Shown: positions 1-12,297 of the stretch, one piece after another
Position numbering within the stretch: the stretch's first letter is position 1
How the letters are laid out: every line of letters begins with the position of its first letter
NCBI RefSeq assembly: GCF_001194135.2
Contig: NC_068984.1
Span: forward strand, 66,281,962 to 66,328,711
Direction: 5' to 3'
Length of the DNA stretch: 46,750 nucleotides
Source: Octopus bimaculoides
Lineage: Eukaryota
The notes under the pieces: model-generated
Told to the model about the DNA's origin: nothing
Seen by the model: only the letters and a program-made list of their open reading frames with translations
The model's database searches: none
Program-made: the position numbers and the translations under genes

Positions 1-274
1 CTATACATATTGACTTGTGTTCTGAATCCAATCCCCTGCTTAGTTCTGGCTGAACCTTATAAACTTCCGCATTTCTTTCTTTCACCACATTAATTCTACT
101 TTTTCCTCCTATCTGCTTTATTCACTGCCTTCATTCCTTTCTGCTCAATTTGACTTGTGATCTTCAACCCTTGATGATCTGTACTCTTTTTCCTGCCTGC
201 CTGCCTGCCTGCTTGCTTCATTATTGTTGTCTCCCTCAATACCTATAAATACGACCATACTACAACATTAAGTA

Positions 275-489
275 GCAATCCAGTGAGAGAGTCTTGACAT
301 GGTCATTCAGGAAGCTAGAAATAGCAACCAAATCCATTTTAAATCTCACATTATCTCTTGAGAAAACAGAAGAATATATTGGATAATATAGGCCTCAAAA
401 ATAAAAGGTGATGGCCATATATTGAATATATTTGATCATAGGTCTGCTTGACTAGGGTATGACCTGGAGTTAAAAAGTAACAATGCCAA
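275..489 (+). mobile_element. Interspersed repeat family B (SINE/LINE-tail-like), degraded copy
   Basis: Motifs GCTAGAAATAGCAACCAAATC and TTTGATCATAGGTCTGCTTGA recur at 3444-3610(-), 27858-27960(-), 37575-37827(+) and 40255-40345(-). Confidence 0.6.
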
Positions 490-715
490 CTTCTCTTCAT
501 TTCTTTATAAATAACTTGTCAATGCTGCTTGAAATGCTAGCAATTCTATCATCTAACATCACATGTGTGTGCACACATTTGCACACAGTCACACACAGTC
601 TTATTCTGTTTTATGAATATTGTTACCTTGATCTCACTTCCTCTCTTACTCACTGAAGCATCAACCATTACTAGTCCTGTTAAATTTTTTTCTTTTTGTT
701 TTTAACTTCACTTAC

Positions 716-778
716 CATATATAATTATAGTCAAAGGCAGTATCGCTGGCACAAATAGCATAACATCGTAATTGGTTT
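716..778 (-). CDS. Candidate 63-nt internal exon of an unidentified gene
   Basis: Minus strand ttatttaacttag|AAACC...ATATG|gtaagtg with a consensus donor; two frames open (TNYDVMLFVPAILPLTIIIY or NQLRCYAICASDTAFDYNYI); no homology recognised. Confidence 0.4.
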
Positions 779-1867
779 CTAAGTTAAATAATAAGACTTT
801 CAAGAATATTATAACAAGCAAATCATTTTATTTTAAGATTTATTTATTTATTTTTATCTAATTTACTTAAATATTATTATTCTATGACTTCAATATTTCT
901 CACAAATCTTTTGGGGAAAAGGTTAAAAAAAATGAATAAAATGTAAGGGAACAAATCGATGTGGATTAAAAAGTCCAAACCTTTAGGGAAATCAGTGAAA
1001 AGATCATAATTTTAAGCTAAAGAAAATTCATCTGAAGGATACAATTGTACGAAATATGCTTCATTTCTTAACAGAAGAAAAAAATGAGGGAAAAATAAAA
1101 ATAACAGAACAGATTTAAGAAAACTTAAAAAATAAAATTGGTCTCTTTATAAATTAGGACCCTACAGGTAGTATTTCAATTGATTTATAAATGTTCTTGT
1201 TGCTAGAGCTTGATAATTAATATTACATAATACTAGGACAATGAACAGGCAGGCCATGTATTGTTGAACAATAGTCTCTATTTATTTATGTATTCACTTC
1301 TTCTATTTACACAAATGCAATTTCAATTAGAAAACAGCAGGAAAATTCAGCACTATGAAGAAAATTAGATATAATGAAGTAGAAAAGAAAATGTAATAAT
1401 AATAATAATAATAATAGCAATAATAATAATAATAATAGCAATAGCCCTTGTCAAACTGATGAAGCTATGACATTGAACATGTAATAATAGGAGGACTATA
1501 GCATAGATTGTATAAGAGCAACAAAGGATTACAAAAAGGTTAAAATAAAATTTTTGAATAGGAAAAGTAAAAGAAATAGAAATTCAAAAAAGCTTTTAAA
1601 AATAGACACCTGTGACTTTTTCTAGCCAATCAAAACACAGCACTATAGTTCTAAATATTTCATCTGCTTAAAAATGTCCATGAAAAGTTATTTTGCCTTA
1701 AATGAATCTCAAGAAACGACATGATTTTGCTGATTCTTTTAACATGAAAGAAGAATAAACGATTGAACTGTTAAAAATACATAAATTTCAATAAATCTAA
1801 TAAACAAACAGACTGGAAATCATGCACATATACATTTACACTGACAATCACACTCATATTCACAGAT

Positions 1868-1975
1868 TTTCCTCCTCCTCCTTCCCTACCTTCTCTTCTT
1901 CTTCTTCCTCCCCTCTCCCGCCCCCATCCTCCTCTCAGGTCCTTTCTTCCTCCACATCCTCCTCCTACCTTTTTC
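1868..1975. repeat. C/T-rich low-complexity tract
   Basis: cctcctcctccttccct...cttcttcctcccctctc; explains ORF 1771..1995. Confidence 0.85.
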
Positions 1976-2329
1976 AGGTTATTATTATTGTGCATTGAAC
2001 ATAGTTAAAGTAAGTGATTGTTGATAGACACCTGGTTATTTTGAATATATTTGTGGTGATCTTTCAACTGATGTGCATACAATGAATGATTACAAAGTGG
2101 AAGAGAGTGAGTGAAAGAAAGTGTTAATCAGTTACAAAAAGATACATGAAGGATAAATATTGCACCATGCTTCAAACTTCATACAATTACTTCTCAACTT
2201 ATATATATATATAATTAATTCAAAAATAGGATAAAATCTTTTTCAAGAATTTTATCAAGAAGCTAGCGTGAAAAAATTCATAAGGGGAAAAAAACCCATC
2301 ATTTTTTTATTCCCAAGAATATATTTATT

Positions 2330-2449
2330 CATTTATATTTATATAAGGGCATTACTACAGAATAATGCCACACACTAGACTTCGTATTTATTATCGAAGT
2401 CTAGTGTGTGGCATTATTCTGTAGTAATGCCCTTATATAAATATAAATG
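2330..2449. repeat. Perfect 55-bp inverted repeat with 10-nt spacer
   Basis: 2330-2384 is the exact reverse complement of 2395-2449; spacer TATTTATTAT. Confidence 0.95.
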
Positions 2450-3443
2450 GACAGACAGACAGATAGATAAGTGAGTGGACAAATGAAAGAATGTGGAACT
2501 GAACATGCTTGGTAAGAGCTTCTTATTTAATCAGAGTTTGAGTCAACTTGATGTAACTTTGAGTTTCATAGGCTCATAGAATGAATCTAGTTCATCGAGT
2601 ATTTAGAGATCAAATTATAGGAAATGAGATAAATTGGCTTCTAGATGTTAGGCTCTTATTGGTCAACTCAGATCACATGGTGTTATTGGTTTGGAAGTGA
2701 CATCAGTTCTTATATGTACGTACGTACATACATACATACATATATAGATGCATATATGCATATATAATCGAATCTAATAAACTAAATTCCACTTCAAGGT
2801 CAACAACTGATGTTAAAATAGAAGACACTAAGACATTTCCCCAGATGCAAAACAAGACTCCTTACTTAATCACATACTCATCTCAGGGTAGCCCTGGTTG
2901 AGAAGATCTATGGTAAAAAGTGTTTTAGCTATGAACCTCACATCTTTTTGCACACCAGAGATTACTTTGTCCAATGCAGGCTTCTTTGCTTAAGAATCTC
3001 TAGCATGATTAGAGGAAAATTTGACTATCATTTCCAACAGGCCAAACAAATGTGAATGAACAGCTGTGCTTCAGGCAGTGTAGTATGCAATGAATCAGCT
3101 GAATCCAAGAGAGCCAGGTCATTTGAACAGTAGCATAGAAGAATCTTTATAATTCCTGCACACTACATTTACCAATTACATATTATGTCAAGATGCCCAG
3201 ATGTGATCAAACTATGAAACAATATCCAATTATTTCTGTATAAAACTGTCATCTGGCATAAACTACTTAAGCTTATTATGATGTGTGAAATTGCAACCTG
3301 AATCAGTTGACTAATTTTGGGAAGTGCAGATTGCTGTCTTCTCTATTTCCATTCCTAGTGTAATTTAATTCCAAGCATTCCAAGCACACGTGTGCATGCG
3401 CACATACACACACATGCACACACACAATTCTTTATGATACTTA

Positions 3444-3610
3444 TTGAGCAGACCTGTGTTCAAATGCATTCCTGTCATGACCATCCATTCTTTCTCTCTA
3501 TCTTAATACCATATTATCCAATGTATACTTGGTTTCATTACTCTGATAGGTTATGTGTGCTTTGAGGGAGATTTGGCTGCTATTTCTATCAGGTTGAGTG
3601 ATCATGGAGA
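3444..3610 (-). mobile_element. Family B repeat copy
   Basis: GAGGGAGATTTGGCTGCTATTTCTA and TTGAGCAGACC are reverse complements of family B motifs; explains ORF 3555..3782. Confidence 0.6.
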
Positions 3611-3783
3611 AATTATCCACTCCTCTTTGCATAGTAGAAGTGAACATAGCTGTTATTGGTTAGCACTCATTTCATCTCTGATCTCATGGATCAACGATCA
3701 ACCCCCCACGCCTCCACCAAATAAGACCATGTCATCTTTTTCAAACAGTTTATTTAAGAGTACATTATACAGTGTGTCATAAA

Positions 3784-4112
3784 GACGCATTACTCAGTGG
3801 TTAGAGCGTTGGGCTCACGATCATGAGGTAGTGAGTTTGATTCTTAGACAGGGCTGTGTGTTGTGTTCTTGAGTAAGACACTTTATTTCATGTTGCCCCA
3901 GTTCACTCAGCTGTAGAAATGGGTTGTGACATCACTGGTGCCAAGCTCTATTATTTTTACCTTTCTCTTGTATAACATCAGTGGCATAGAGAAGGAAGGC
4001 TGGTATGCATGGGCGACTGTTGGTCTTCCATAAACAACATTGCTTGGACTTGTATCTCGGAGGGGAACTTTCTAGGTGTAATCCCATGGTCATTCATGAC
4101 CGAAGAGGATTC
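3784..4112 (+). mobile_element. tRNA-derived SINE (family C), near full length
   Basis: tRNA-like head with A box TACTCAGTGGTTAGAGC and B-box-like GAGTTTGATTC, then TTGAGTAAGACACTT...CCAGTTCACTCAGCTG, shared with 27003-27103(-). Confidence 0.8.
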
Positions 4113-4259
4113 TTCTATCCAGCATGTATTCTTCTTATTTAAGATTGTAGTGTGTGATTTAAGGAAAATTTAGATGTTATTTTTTCATTCATCAAGCATC
4201 TCTGTAGAAGCTTTCTTGTTAGTTTTTGAGAACATAGCAAATTTGTATATATCTTTTAT

Positions 4260-4490
4260 CTTTTACTTGTTTCAGTTATTGGATGGCAGCCATGCTGGAG
4301 CACCACCTAGTAGAGTTTTAGTGAAACAAATCGTCCCAAATACCAATTCTTTTAAAGCCTGGTATTTATTCTATCACTCTCTTATACCAAACTACTAAGT
4401 TATGGAGACATAAACAAACTGATACCATTTCTCAAGCAAACAGCGGTGGGGACAGATACAAACTCATACACACACACACACACACACACT
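4260..4490 (-). mobile_element. Octopus OR-type SINE (family A), 3' half
   Basis: TTACTTGTTTCAGT...CCATGCTGGAGCACCACC matches the reverse complement of the 3' end of the full copy at 11352-11717. Confidence 0.8.
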
Positions 4491-4673
4491 ACCCCCTCCT
4501 ACATATATATGGAGCATTATTAATTCTGACATATTTATTCTCTCTATTTTCTCTCTCGTTCAATCTGTTTTCATTCCTCATTCAAAGACTTCTATTTTTC
4601 CTGCTTGTAACACTATTTTCAGCCTGTGTGTTGTTCTTTCACCTGTTTTTGTTCTTTGAATAAATTTTTTGAA

Positions 4674-4718
<45 letters not shown>

Positions 4719-4720
4719 TG

Positions 4721-5135
4721 CACAGAGGGTGCAATGGGTAAATTGTTCCCATTTTTTTTGTTTAATTTCATATATGCACATTGTTTGTTCTTGATTCTGT
4801 TGACTACACAGTGTAGTAGGGTCATTTGGGCACCATCTTTGAGAAAAACAGTACCATGACACATATCACTCTGCCAGAAATTTGGAAATGACATGCTGTA
4901 CTGTTTGGCATTCATGCTAGAAGCTCCAATACGAACATTTCAGAGTGTTTGAGTGTCAATCTGAAGACGTGTATCAAGATTGATAAAAACCAAACATCCA
5001 GTCAACATCATTGTGTTTGGAGTGGTCACTAGGGATGGCGACATTATGCCTTCATTCATCTTCCCACACCGTCTCAGACTCAACACAGGCCTACATCAAG
5101 TGCCTGGAGGAGGTTGTACTGATTTGGGTCAAGTG
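4721..5135 (+). mobile_element. Internally deleted Tc1/mariner (maT/DD37D-like) DNA transposon remnant
   Basis: Terminus-like CAGAGGGTGCAATGGG at 4723; N-terminal remnant from ATG 4856 (MTHITLPEIWK*HAVLFGIHARSSNTNISECLSVNLK); catalytic-domain piece KTKHPVNIIVFGVVTRDGDIMPSFIFPHRLRLNT / AYIKCLEEVVLIWVK split by a frameshift near 5088; cut off by a SINE. Subfamily call is from memory. Confidence 0.8.
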
Positions 5136-5290
5136 GGCTCCTTTCAGTTTCCATCTATTAAATTCGTTCACAAGGCTTTGGCCAGCCTGGGGGCTTTAGT
5201 AGCAGACATTACTGAAGGTGCCATGCAGTGGGACTGAACTCAAAGCCACATGGTTGGAAAGCAAATTTTTTTACCACGCCACCACGCCAG
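5136..5290 (-). mobile_element. Family A SINE, 5' half
   Basis: CTTTCAGTTTCCATC...CAGTGGGACTGAAC...CCACATGGTTGGAAAGC is the reverse complement of the family A head. Confidence 0.85.
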
Positions 5291-6647
5291 CACTTTTTGT
5301 AAATATTGGTTAATGATAATTTACAATTAGTGTTAGTAACAGCAGAGATGGTAGTGAGGGTGGTTGTTGTAATGATTTTGAATATGACTGGAGAATGAAT
5401 AAATAAATTTTATTAATTAATGATTCTTGTATTAGCGTTTTTATTATGATCAAATGTGCCATTGAGAAATGTTCTTGAAAGAAATCTTGTAGACTCACTC
5501 ACTACGCAAGCATTAGACTATTATATTTTTTGTTGTATTTTGGATTGGTTCTTTTTTTTCTTTTTATTCAATACATTTGCCATGAAGTAAATATTAGCCA
5601 AGAGAAAATAAATTGTTAAACAATTAGATATTATTGATTCATTAAATTCCTTGTCAGGACAGTTGGTTCTGTAAATGAAACACCAGTTTCTTTCCATATA
5701 ATGAAAATTAAGATGGCATTAATCAAAGACTTTTAGATAGATAAATGTTTCCTAAACAAAATCAATCTCTATAGAACTGTTAAGAAACACTAGCAACCAA
5801 ATTATATATATATACATTTTTTTTTTTTTTCAAGTGAAACCAGAAGAATATTCTTCTCACCTGAAGTGATAGAAATTATTGTATCTAGACAGATTTCCTA
5901 GATAGTTTCAATATAATATATATTGACAGAAGCCAGGTAAGTTTAAAATGACGATATCTCTCTATCTCTCCATCCTTCTCAGTCTCCTCCTCTCTCTCTA
6001 TTCCTTTGCTTTTTGTTCAAATAAATTTCTTTGCAATATTTTTTTTATATAAAATTTGTTTAAAGATTTTTTATTGTTATTTGAGTGATGATTTACAGAA
6101 AATTCATTGGAAAATATTAATTATTCCAAGACGTTCAAATGAAACTATTTTCACTTGTAAAGAACACACAAATTAATTTTTTTTCTATATATCTATTTAC
6201 ATATTTATTTTACTTTTTTTTCATTACTAATTAACTCCGTGAAGTGAAATACAACATTTTGTTATGTTCATCTTTAATATTGTGAAATTAATCTAAATAG
6301 TGCATTAAATTAAGTAAAATAAGGATGTTTAGTTTCATTTTAGTTTTGCAATACCCAAGACATTTCTCTAAAAATGATAAGTTCTTTGTGACTACTTTTA
6401 CAACCTAATGGAACTGCTTTTATTTTAGTAAGATGTAGTAGAGTTTCTGGCAATCACTTTGTTCATTTGATAGCAGTTTTATCAGACAGAATAAGATGCC
6501 AGTGTATAGGCTGGATATTTCAATTAAAACATTATTTCTTGGAGGTTGTCCAAGTCTATCTCACTACACAAAAGAAAAAAATAAAAGAAAGGAAAAGAAC
6601 AATAAGGAGATAGTACTATATTGTTTCAGTCAGGCTCTCCAGTGACT

Positions 6648-6661
6648 AAGAGAAAAAAGAG

Positions 6662-6712
<51 letters not shown>

Positions 6713-6909
6713 GGAGAGAGAGAGAGGGAGAGTGAAGGAATATAGTGGGCAAAATTGAGTAGGAAAATAGAAAGAACAGAATGAAAGAGATGGACAAACA
6801 GACAAATAGATAGGTAGATAGATTGATAGATAAAGAGAGAGAGAGAGAGACAGACAGACCGACCGATATACATACAGTCAGATAGACAGAGAGATACAGA
6901 CAGACAGAC

Positions 6910-6945
<36 letters not shown>

Positions 6946-7117
6946 GAGGGGAGATAGAAAAAGTAGATCTGAGTGAAATAGGAAAGGGAAAATGTAGGGA
7001 GGACATGTGAAAGAAGAAGAAAAAAGCAAAGTTAGAGAGAGAAAAGAGAAGTGAAGAAAATGAGAAAACTAAGAGAGATACAGCAGCAGCATCATCATCA
7101 TCATCATCAGTAGTAGC

Positions 7118-7149
<32 letters not shown>

Positions 7150-7395
7150 CAGTTGTAACAAACCAAAGATTTTTGGTAGCAATTCAATTGAAAGAAAGAG
7201 TTAGATAGATAGATAAAAAGATAGAAAGATAGATAGACAGACAGCCAAATGGATTGATAACCAGATAGATAGATAAACAGACAGAAAGACAAGAAAATAG
7301 ATAGATAGATAGACAGATAGATAGATAGATGGGTAGATTAAAAAATAGATTGATAGATAGAGAGAGATGATGTGAGAGAGGGAGGGGGAGGATAA
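6648..7395. repeat. Compound polypurine microsatellite block (GA)n/(GATA)n/(GACA)n with (CAT)n and (AGT)n inserts
   Basis: Directly visible; explains ORFs 6646..7029 and 7107..7292. Confidence 0.95.
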
Positions 7396-7527
7396 GGGAG
7401 TGAGAACAAGAGACTCACAATTAGATACACCAGGAGAAAACTATTAAATAATGAATTGTACAAAACATGATTAAATATGTCAGGTTGATTGATAGCCAAA
7501 TAATTTAGAAAGAGGACACTAATAAAC

Positions 7528-7656
7528 CTGATTGAAAGATTTCTGTGATTTTGTTTGCCAAGAGAATACATAGAAAATGGTACTATTGACAAAAATTGTT
7601 TTGCTTCATTTAATGTTGTTGCAGCTGTTATTATTTTGCATTTTATTCCTTTAAAT
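7528..7656 (-). CDS. Candidate 129-nt exon (phase 2/2)
   Basis: catcttttgctttatag|ATTT...AATCAG|gtttat; only one frame open: FKGIKCKIITAATTLNEAKQFLSIVPFSMYSLGKQNHRNLSI (part of ORF 7338..7667). Confidence 0.4.
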
Positions 7657-7788
7657 CTATAAAGCAAAAGATGTGTAAAAACACTGTCCTAGTTTACCCC
7701 GCAAATAAACTGACACTGCACTTCTAAGCTTGTACACACACACGTGTGTGCTCGCACACACTCACTTATATGTATATATATCTATCTG

Positions 7789-7859
<71 letters not shown>

Positions 7860-8514
7860 ATTCTCCGAAACAAAATGAAAATGCTTAATAAATAATTATC
7901 CCAAAATTCTGACTACCTCTTTTTTCTTAATATATAAAATCTGTACACAACTTCAAACAATCTATATATACATTTATACGTAGGTACATACATACATACA
8001 TACATACATGCATACATATATGTACATACATGAATATATACAGAATAGATAAGGAGTTTTTGTCAACTGATTTAAAGTTATAGGTGTGTACTATGAACGT
8101 ATTGAATGTCCTAAACTGAAGGTCTTTTTCAAGTGATGCCAAACGTCTTGCTTTTTCAATTTTACTTTAACCTTTAGCATACCTGCATGCATACACACAC
8201 ACTTACACATAAATATTCTATTTCAGAAATTATGAATATTGAAATTAAACTATTAGGATTATTTGAAAGAGGAAATAACTAGGTTTTACAAATTAACTTT
8301 CAGAATACATTTTATCAATTAGGTCATTCAGTTTAGTTAAGAAAAGGAAAATAACAAGCTTTTACAAAATACATTTAAAAAAAATTATTTATTTAATTCA
8401 GTTCAAAAATAGTAATATTTCATATTTTTTATTCATTTCTACCTTTTATTGTGTAAAAATTTGTATATGTTTTCACAAAAAAACTATTTTCAAAATTTTA
8501 CCCATAGAAACTAA

Positions 8515-8950
8515 GGTGCAAGCATGGTTGTGTGTTTATGAAGTTTGCTTTGTAATCATGTGTCTCCTACTACAATACCAAACTGACTAAAAGGCTGTGA
8601 GCAAATTTGATAGATGGAAACTGAATCATGTGTATGTGTGTGTTTGTGTTTCTATGAATCTTTCCTTCTGCCATCACATACTAATCCTGAAAATAATCCA
8701 CCATCGTATACATGATGTTTATTTGTAATAGTTCACGCAAAAATTATTTGAACTAAAGTAGAATATCTCCTTACTTAAAAACAGTTGAGGGTTGGAAACA
8801 GGAAGAGCATCCCGCCATAGAAAATCTGTCTCAATGAATTTCATGTGACCCCTTACAAGCATGATAAAGAAGACATTAAAACAATGATGATGATGATGAT
8901 GATAGTGACAACGAGAACAATTGAGATAATGATGATGACGATGATGATGA
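8515..8950 (+). mobile_element. Degraded family A SINE with AGGAAG(A/G)GCATCC-type tail ending in (GAT)n
   Basis: GGTGCAAGCATGGTTGTGTG head, GATAGATGGAAACTGAA core, GGAAGAGCATCCCGCCATAGAAAATCTG tail. Confidence 0.7.
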
Positions 8951-9273
8951 AATATATGTATTTCACATAGATCATGTGCTCAGCAACCCAGCACCTAAAG
9001 CTCAGGGTTACTATGCCTTGTGAAACCAATCTGTACACCACGAAACAAAAAGACAACTAACTTCATTGTGAGGTATGGACTGTATGAGAATAAATGAAGA
9101 TGTTTGGTTCTGCAAATAGAGACTTGAATTCTGGCCCTACAAGTTTACAAGAGACTTGCTGATTTTATAAGTAGCAAACACTAGTTGCTGTTCCTAGTCC
9201 AGTGCCCAAACTAAGACTATGAAGAAGGAGGGTCAATATCAGGTTGAGGATACATCAGGATTCTCCTGAAGAT

Positions 9274-9501
9274 TTAACCATTTAACATTCAGATTATATT
9301 GTCAAATGCAATGCTTACTTATTCACATTGTTTCAAATTAATCATGCATTACCTTATAGCTTTGAGATTTCAATGATGTGATAGTTTACTTTTAGAATGT
9401 CATCGTAGGATAGGTGTGAGTGGCCAGACTCATTTGGTTTCAACATAAAACAGGTAGAACATTTTGGCCAGATATATCTGGTTTAAATGTTAAAGGGTTA
9501 A
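9274..9501 (+). mobile_element. piggyBac-type MITE family M1 with TTAA target duplication
   Basis: TTAA 9274-77 and 9498-9501; termini CCATTTAACATT...AATGTTAAAGGG; three more copies at 33143, 33603 and 38959. Confidence 0.85.
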
Positions 9502-9599
9502 AATATCTCATGGTATTAGCACAAAACCAAAGAGATTTATGGACACATTTCATCTGTCCTTACTATTGTTGTTCAATGTAGGAATAAGCTTTTTAGTCA

Positions 9600-9810
9600 T
9601 AACTGTTAAGGCTGAATGATAGGCCATGTCAGTTGTTATAGCTTAGAGACTTCCACACCCAAATGAAGAATGAAGACCACTCAATTACATTGATGCTATT
9701 AACAGAGATTCTGTCAACATGAAGCTGAGGACCTATCAAAACTAATGGGTGAACAAAGATTTCTGGTATGAGGTAGTAGAATGCATCTTGGCTTCAACCA
9801 CTTGAAGAAG
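9600..9810 (+). pseudogene. Highly decayed LINE (probably RTE-clade) C-terminal fragment
   Basis: RPLNYIDAINRDS then, after a frameshift, EAEDLSKLMGEQRFWYEVVECILASTT*; resembles RTE C-terminal GRP..Y.D.I.RD...LM.DR..W motif from memory. Confidence 0.45.
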
Positions 9811-10398
9811 TTGTTCCAACCCTGGACTACATGTTTACAACTTATTAGATTCAGTTATTTGAGAATGAAGTATTTGAATCATGTATTCAGTGCATCAAAG
9901 GATGCAGACGGTTGACTTCATGGTTGACTCATCAAGTATGTTTTATTGACTCTTTAATAACTTGGATCATTGGAGAAGTCATTCATTTCAAGAGGTAAAA
10001 ATATAGCACTGATATACATTGGTAAACTAGTGAGTTGCTATATATTTATGTCAGAATTTCAGATTTAGTTTTTTCAGTCAGTAAACTAAACCATACAACA
10101 TAATAAAGTTTACTTTGTTGTATAGCTATTGTATTTTCTACTTAAATCAGAAAAAGACAGCCACTCTCCTACAAAACTATTTCCAAACTTCTTTATACCA
10201 ATCCATACTGTTTAGAAGACGTGTTCTATAAGATTTATGGCTGTGAAATGATCAAGAATAAAGGGGAAAAAAAAACCCAAAACATGATACTTTGGTAAAT
10301 ATATTAGAAAAAAAAAAACAAACCAAACATATCTTACAAAATGTTCTCTAACTTTTTTAAGCTATGCAATACTTTCAATCAGGAAAAAAAAAATCCTT

Positions 10399-10424
10399 TC
10401 ATAATAATAGTGATGATGATGATG

Positions 10425-10498
<74 letters not shown>

Positions 10499-10523
10499 TA
10501 TTATTATTATTATTATTATTATA
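10399..10523. repeat. (AAT)n array switching directly to (ATT)n
   Basis: Directly visible; explains the poly-Ile ORFs 10341..10574 and 10379..10567. Confidence 0.95.
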
Positions 10524-10679
10524 ATCTTCTGTGATCCATCATTGATGTTCTGGCAGCAGCGTAGCAATAAATAACCATGTTATGAGATACACATTCTTAA
10601 AGTAGTAGTAAATAAATAGCCAGTGAGAAAATAAATGAATAAATAAGAGTTTGGTATTAGATTCAAAAAGTACAGGCAA

Positions 10680-10833
10680 TACTATTATTATTATCATCAT
10701 TAGCAACATCATCATCATTATTATTATTATTATTATCATCATTATTATTATTGTTATTATTATTATTATTAACAGTAATCATAATGATAATGATAATAAC
10801 AATAATAATGATAATAATAATAATAATAATAAT
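10680..10833. repeat. Degenerate (ATT/ATC)n then (AAT)n array
   Basis: Directly visible. Confidence 0.9.
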
Positions 10834-11047
10834 ATATCTTGAAAACAATCATCATTTCAAAGTGTTGTTCTTTGGCAAAAAAATTTTTTTTCCTCCACCC
10901 TTTGCTGAATAGGAACCATCTTGTCAAAAATAATAGTTACTACTGAAAAATATTTTTTCCATTAATGAAAACTTTGGTGATTATCTTTATTACTCCATTC
11001 GTTATTTCCATCAATTTAATTAGAAGGAAAATCCCATAATCATTTAC

Positions 11048-11111
11048 CATGCAGTTAGAAATTTTGATGGCAATTTCTTCTGGGTTTTTCTTGGCAAATA
11101 AGCTAATATTG
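11048..11111 (-). CDS. Candidate 64-nt exon
   Basis: T-rich tract...attacattcag|CAAT...GCATG|gtaaat; two frames open (NISLFAKKNPEEIAIKISNCM or ILAYLPRKTQKKLPSKFLTA). Confidence 0.4.
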
Positions 11112-11351
11112 CTGAATGTAATATTTTTTGGTAAAAAAGAAAAAAAAAAAAACAATAATAAAAACAGAAAAGTAAGGTAAAAAAGAAAAGCCCATTTATA
11201 TTATTTTTGGCAAAAGTTTTACTTTCTGTTGAAATTAAGTTTCTACTAATATAACATTTAATATACATACTATTAATTAGATTAATTTATTCAGAAGTTC
11301 ATCAGTGCATAAAGTAATGGCAATACTAAAGGAAACAGGTAATATTTGGTA

Positions 11352-11717
11352 GGCTGTGTGGTAAGTAGCTTGCTTAACAACCACATGGTTCTGGGTTCAG
11401 TCCCACTGTGTGGCACCTTGAGCAAGTGTCTTCTACTATAGCTTCGGGCCGACCAAATCCTTGTGAGTGGATTTGGTAGATGGAAACTGAAAGAAGCCCA
11501 TCGTACATATGTATATATGTGTGTGTTGTGTGTCTGTGTATGTCCCCCCACCATTGCTTGACAACTGATGCTGGTGTGTTTATGTCCCCTTAACTTAGCG
11601 GTTCAGCAAAAAGAGACCGATAGAATAAGTATTAGGCTTACAAAGAATAAGTCCTGGGTCAATTTTCTTGACTAACAGTGGTGCTGCAGAATGGGCGCAG
11701 TCAAATGACTGAAACTT
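11352..11717 (+). mobile_element. Full-length Octopus OR-type tRNA-derived SINE (family A)
   Basis: GGCTGTGTGGTAAG A box, GGTTCAGTCCC B box, ACCTTGAGCAAGT CORE-like segment, central (TG)n, 3' GCAGTCAAATGACTGAAAC; many copies in the window. Confidence 0.9.
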
Positions 11718-11909
11718 TGCAATGAAGTTTTTTTTCAATATTGAAATTTCATGCAACTAATTGTTGTGAATTTTGTATAAAAACTACTACAATAACTGAA
11801 TTCTGAATTAATTTGCTAAGTTAGTAGTATAAACTATCCTGTGATTGATAGTTGACCTTATGGAGATAAAATATTACTTTTGAAATAGCATAAAAGATAT
11901 TCATAGCCC

Positions 11910-12060
11910 AAGGTATAGCTGTGGGATTAAGAAGCACACTTTGCAACCACATGGTTTTGGGTTCACTCCTACTGAACAACACCTCAGCCGCTAGCTGACC
12001 AATGCCTTACTTGCCTGTGAGTGAATTTCATAGATGGTATGGAAGTTTATTATGTGAGTG
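11910..12060 (+). mobile_element. Degraded family A SINE 5' part
   Basis: CAACCACATGGTTTTGGGTTCAC...TGTGAGTGAATTTCATAGATGG. Confidence 0.7.
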
Positions 12061-12206
12061 TGTGCACAGGGTAAATGTGTTTTTTTTGTTGTAGTTTATT
12101 TAATAATGTTAGCGTATAATCCTTTCTAGAATTAAGATTGAATCAATGTGGTGATATCTAAGGTATGTTTGTTCCCAAACAACACTTATTTTGGTGTTGT
12201 TGACAG

Positions 12207-12297
12207 CACCGGATTGAGCGGTACTGTCCAGGTGTTGAAACCATAGTGATATTCGTGGGGCAGCTGATGATGGAGGTGTGTTGGATTGTTGGTATGC
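12207..12297. other. GC/CpG-rich unique island, possible exon on either strand
   Basis: Plus: gttgacag|CACCGG...GTTG|gtatgc gives HRIERYCPGVETIVIFVGQLMMEVCWIV; minus: acceptor at 12298-99 with all three frames open. Confidence 0.35.

Noticed and set aside
3784-3850. tRNA gene
   Set aside because: A/B boxes are present but the cloverleaf is degenerate and runs into SINE body sequence; the same applies to family A and M heads
5520-5668. Minus-strand frame TNCPDKEFNESIISNCLTIYFLLANIYFMANVLNKKKKK after a good acceptor
   Set aside because: No convincing donor before the stop; the C-terminal part is an A-run; not distinguishable from chance
5861-5945. Strong donors on both strands (CAG|gtgaga minus, CAG|gtaagt plus)
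   Set aside because: Acceptors are weak, and the larger plus-strand candidate exon has stops in all frames
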